From Myxococcales bacterium (GTDB lineage: Bacteria > Myxococcota > Myxococcia > Myxococcales > Anaeromyxobacteraceae): a stretch of DNA of 10,652 bases. A program made the translations under genes and the position numbers. Shown in pieces: positions 9,733 through 10,652 of the stretch; position 1 is the stretch's first letter, and every line of letters begins with the position of its first letter. The stretch lies in the NCBI GenBank assembly GCA_038320275.1, contig JBBQEB010000133.1, forward strand, positions 1 through 10,652, given 5' to 3'. A model generated the notes under the pieces. That model was not told the origin of the DNA. It searched no databases and was given only the letters and a program-made list of their open reading frames with translations.

Positions 9733-10652
9733 GTGCTCACCCTCACCCGCGGTGCAGCCGTCGCGATCCTCGTCCTGGCGGTGCTCCTGCTGGGCGCCGC
9801 AGCGGCCGCCCTGAGGCGGGGGCGACGGCGAACCTCGCCTGTGCCGGCAGCCGCGCTCGCGGCCCCCCTCTCCCACCTGGCGACGGCGCTGGGCGATGCC
9901 GTGGTCGCCTTCGACGCCGCGGGGCGGGTGGCCTGGTCGAACGAGCTCGCCGTCAGGCTCGCGGGAAGCGCTGGGTCCCTGGCCGGGCGAGGCAAGGACG
10001 TGCTCGGGCCGGACCTCGCCATGCTCCTGCGCGGGCTGGAGCGGGGCCCCGTCTCCGCGCGCGTCGGGCTTCCCGCCCGGGCCGACGGAGCGGAGGCCTT
10101 TGCAGCCGCTGCCCGCATCGCCGCGGTCCCGGCGCTCGACGTGGCCCTGCTGCGGATGATCGAGCCGACGGTGGACGAGGTGGGCGAGGCCGACCTCGTG
10201 CTCGAACCGCCGCCCCCGCCGCCGGCGCCGACCCCTGGATCCCCCCTCGACCCCTTGCTGGAGGGGCTCGCCGCGGAGCTGCGCGAACCGCTGGGCCGGG
10301 CTGGCAAGGAGGCCTCGCTCCTGCGCCTCGTCCTGCCCCGGCAGATCGCCGGGGCGGCCGAGCACCTCGACCGCATCGAGGCGGCGCTGCGGGAGGCGGA
10401 CGTGGCGCTCTCGGCCCTCGCCAGCCCCATCGCGCGCCCCTCCGTCGGCCCGGTGGACGCCGACGCCATCCTCACCGAGGCTCTGGCGGGCGTCACCTTC
10501 GCGGCGGGGGTCCGGGTCCGCAGGGTGCGCGGGCCGGCGCGCACCCTCGCCGACCCGCTGCAGCTCAGGCTCGCGCTCCGCCACGCGCTCCAGGCCGCAG
10601 CGCTCGCCATGCCGTCGGGCGGGGAGCTGGCGCTCAAGGCCACGCGCAAGGT
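9733..10652 (+). CDS. Membrane-anchored PAS + HisKA/HATPase-like protein with degenerate H- and N-boxes (pseudo-histidine kinase; 3' end outside the window)
   Basis: Not in the ORF track; the frame is open to the window end (in-frame ATG 9673 is an alternative start). TM segment GAAVAILVLAVLLLGAAAAAL followed by RRGRRR; PAS-like LGDAVVAFDAAGRVAWSNELAVRLAG; poly-Pro linker (10207-10236); H-box-like LEGLAAELREPL; EHLDRIEAAL; PVDADAILTEAL; N-box-like ADPLQLRLALRHALQAAALAMPSGGELAL. Confidence 0.8.
   Translation, partial: MLTLTRGAAVAILVLAVLLLGAAAAALRRGRRRTSPVPAAALAAPLSHLATALGDAVVAFDAAGRVAWSNELAVRLAGSAGSLAGRGKDVLGPDLAMLLRGLERGPVSARVGLPARADGAEAFAAAARIAAVPALDVALLRMIEPTVDEVGEADLVLEPPPPPPAPTPGSPLDPLLEGLAAELREPLGRAGKEASLLRLVLPRQIAGAAEHLDRIEAALREADVALSALASPIARPSVGPVDADAILTEALAGVTFAAGVRVRRVRGPARTLADPLQLRLALRHALQAAALAMPSGGELALKATRK

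Noticed and set aside
9094..10649. Minus-strand ORFs 9094-10584 and full-length 9435-10649
   Set aside because: Antisense to the PAS/HisKA-like plus-strand gene. Only the 9435-9674 portion is kept, as a low-confidence candidate.

Overview
Very GC-rich bacterial DNA, most likely from an Anaeromyxobacter-like myxobacterium; the Lon sequence closely resembles Myxococcus LonD/BsgA as I recall it. The minus strand carries lon, an SDR/epimerase-fold gene, a 6-phosphofructokinase-like gene, a membrane Ser/Thr kinase, a secreted TPR protein and an FHA-GAF-sigma54 activator that runs off the left edge. The last four overlap at start/stop codons. A divergent TM-PAS-HisKA/HATPase-like gene runs off the right edge. 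The two edge genes are missing from the supplied ORF track and were translated by hand. The main observation is that several intact frames have lost their catalytic residues. The PFK has PKTIHGD for PKTIDND and GGDET for GGDG(S/T) but keeps its fructose-6-phosphate-binding residues. The SDR lacks YxxxK, the histidine kinase lacks its phospho-His and both N-box Asn, and the FHA lacks its SxxH. The Ser/Thr kinase and the sigma54 ATPase look intact. This suggests, as inference only, a signalling locus built from pseudoenzymes, a variant of the known pfk-pkn4 arrangement. A ~430-bp intergenic region upstream of lon may hold an unannotated small leaderless ORF or a structured sRNA. No mobile elements, CRISPR arrays, tRNA or rRNA were seen.
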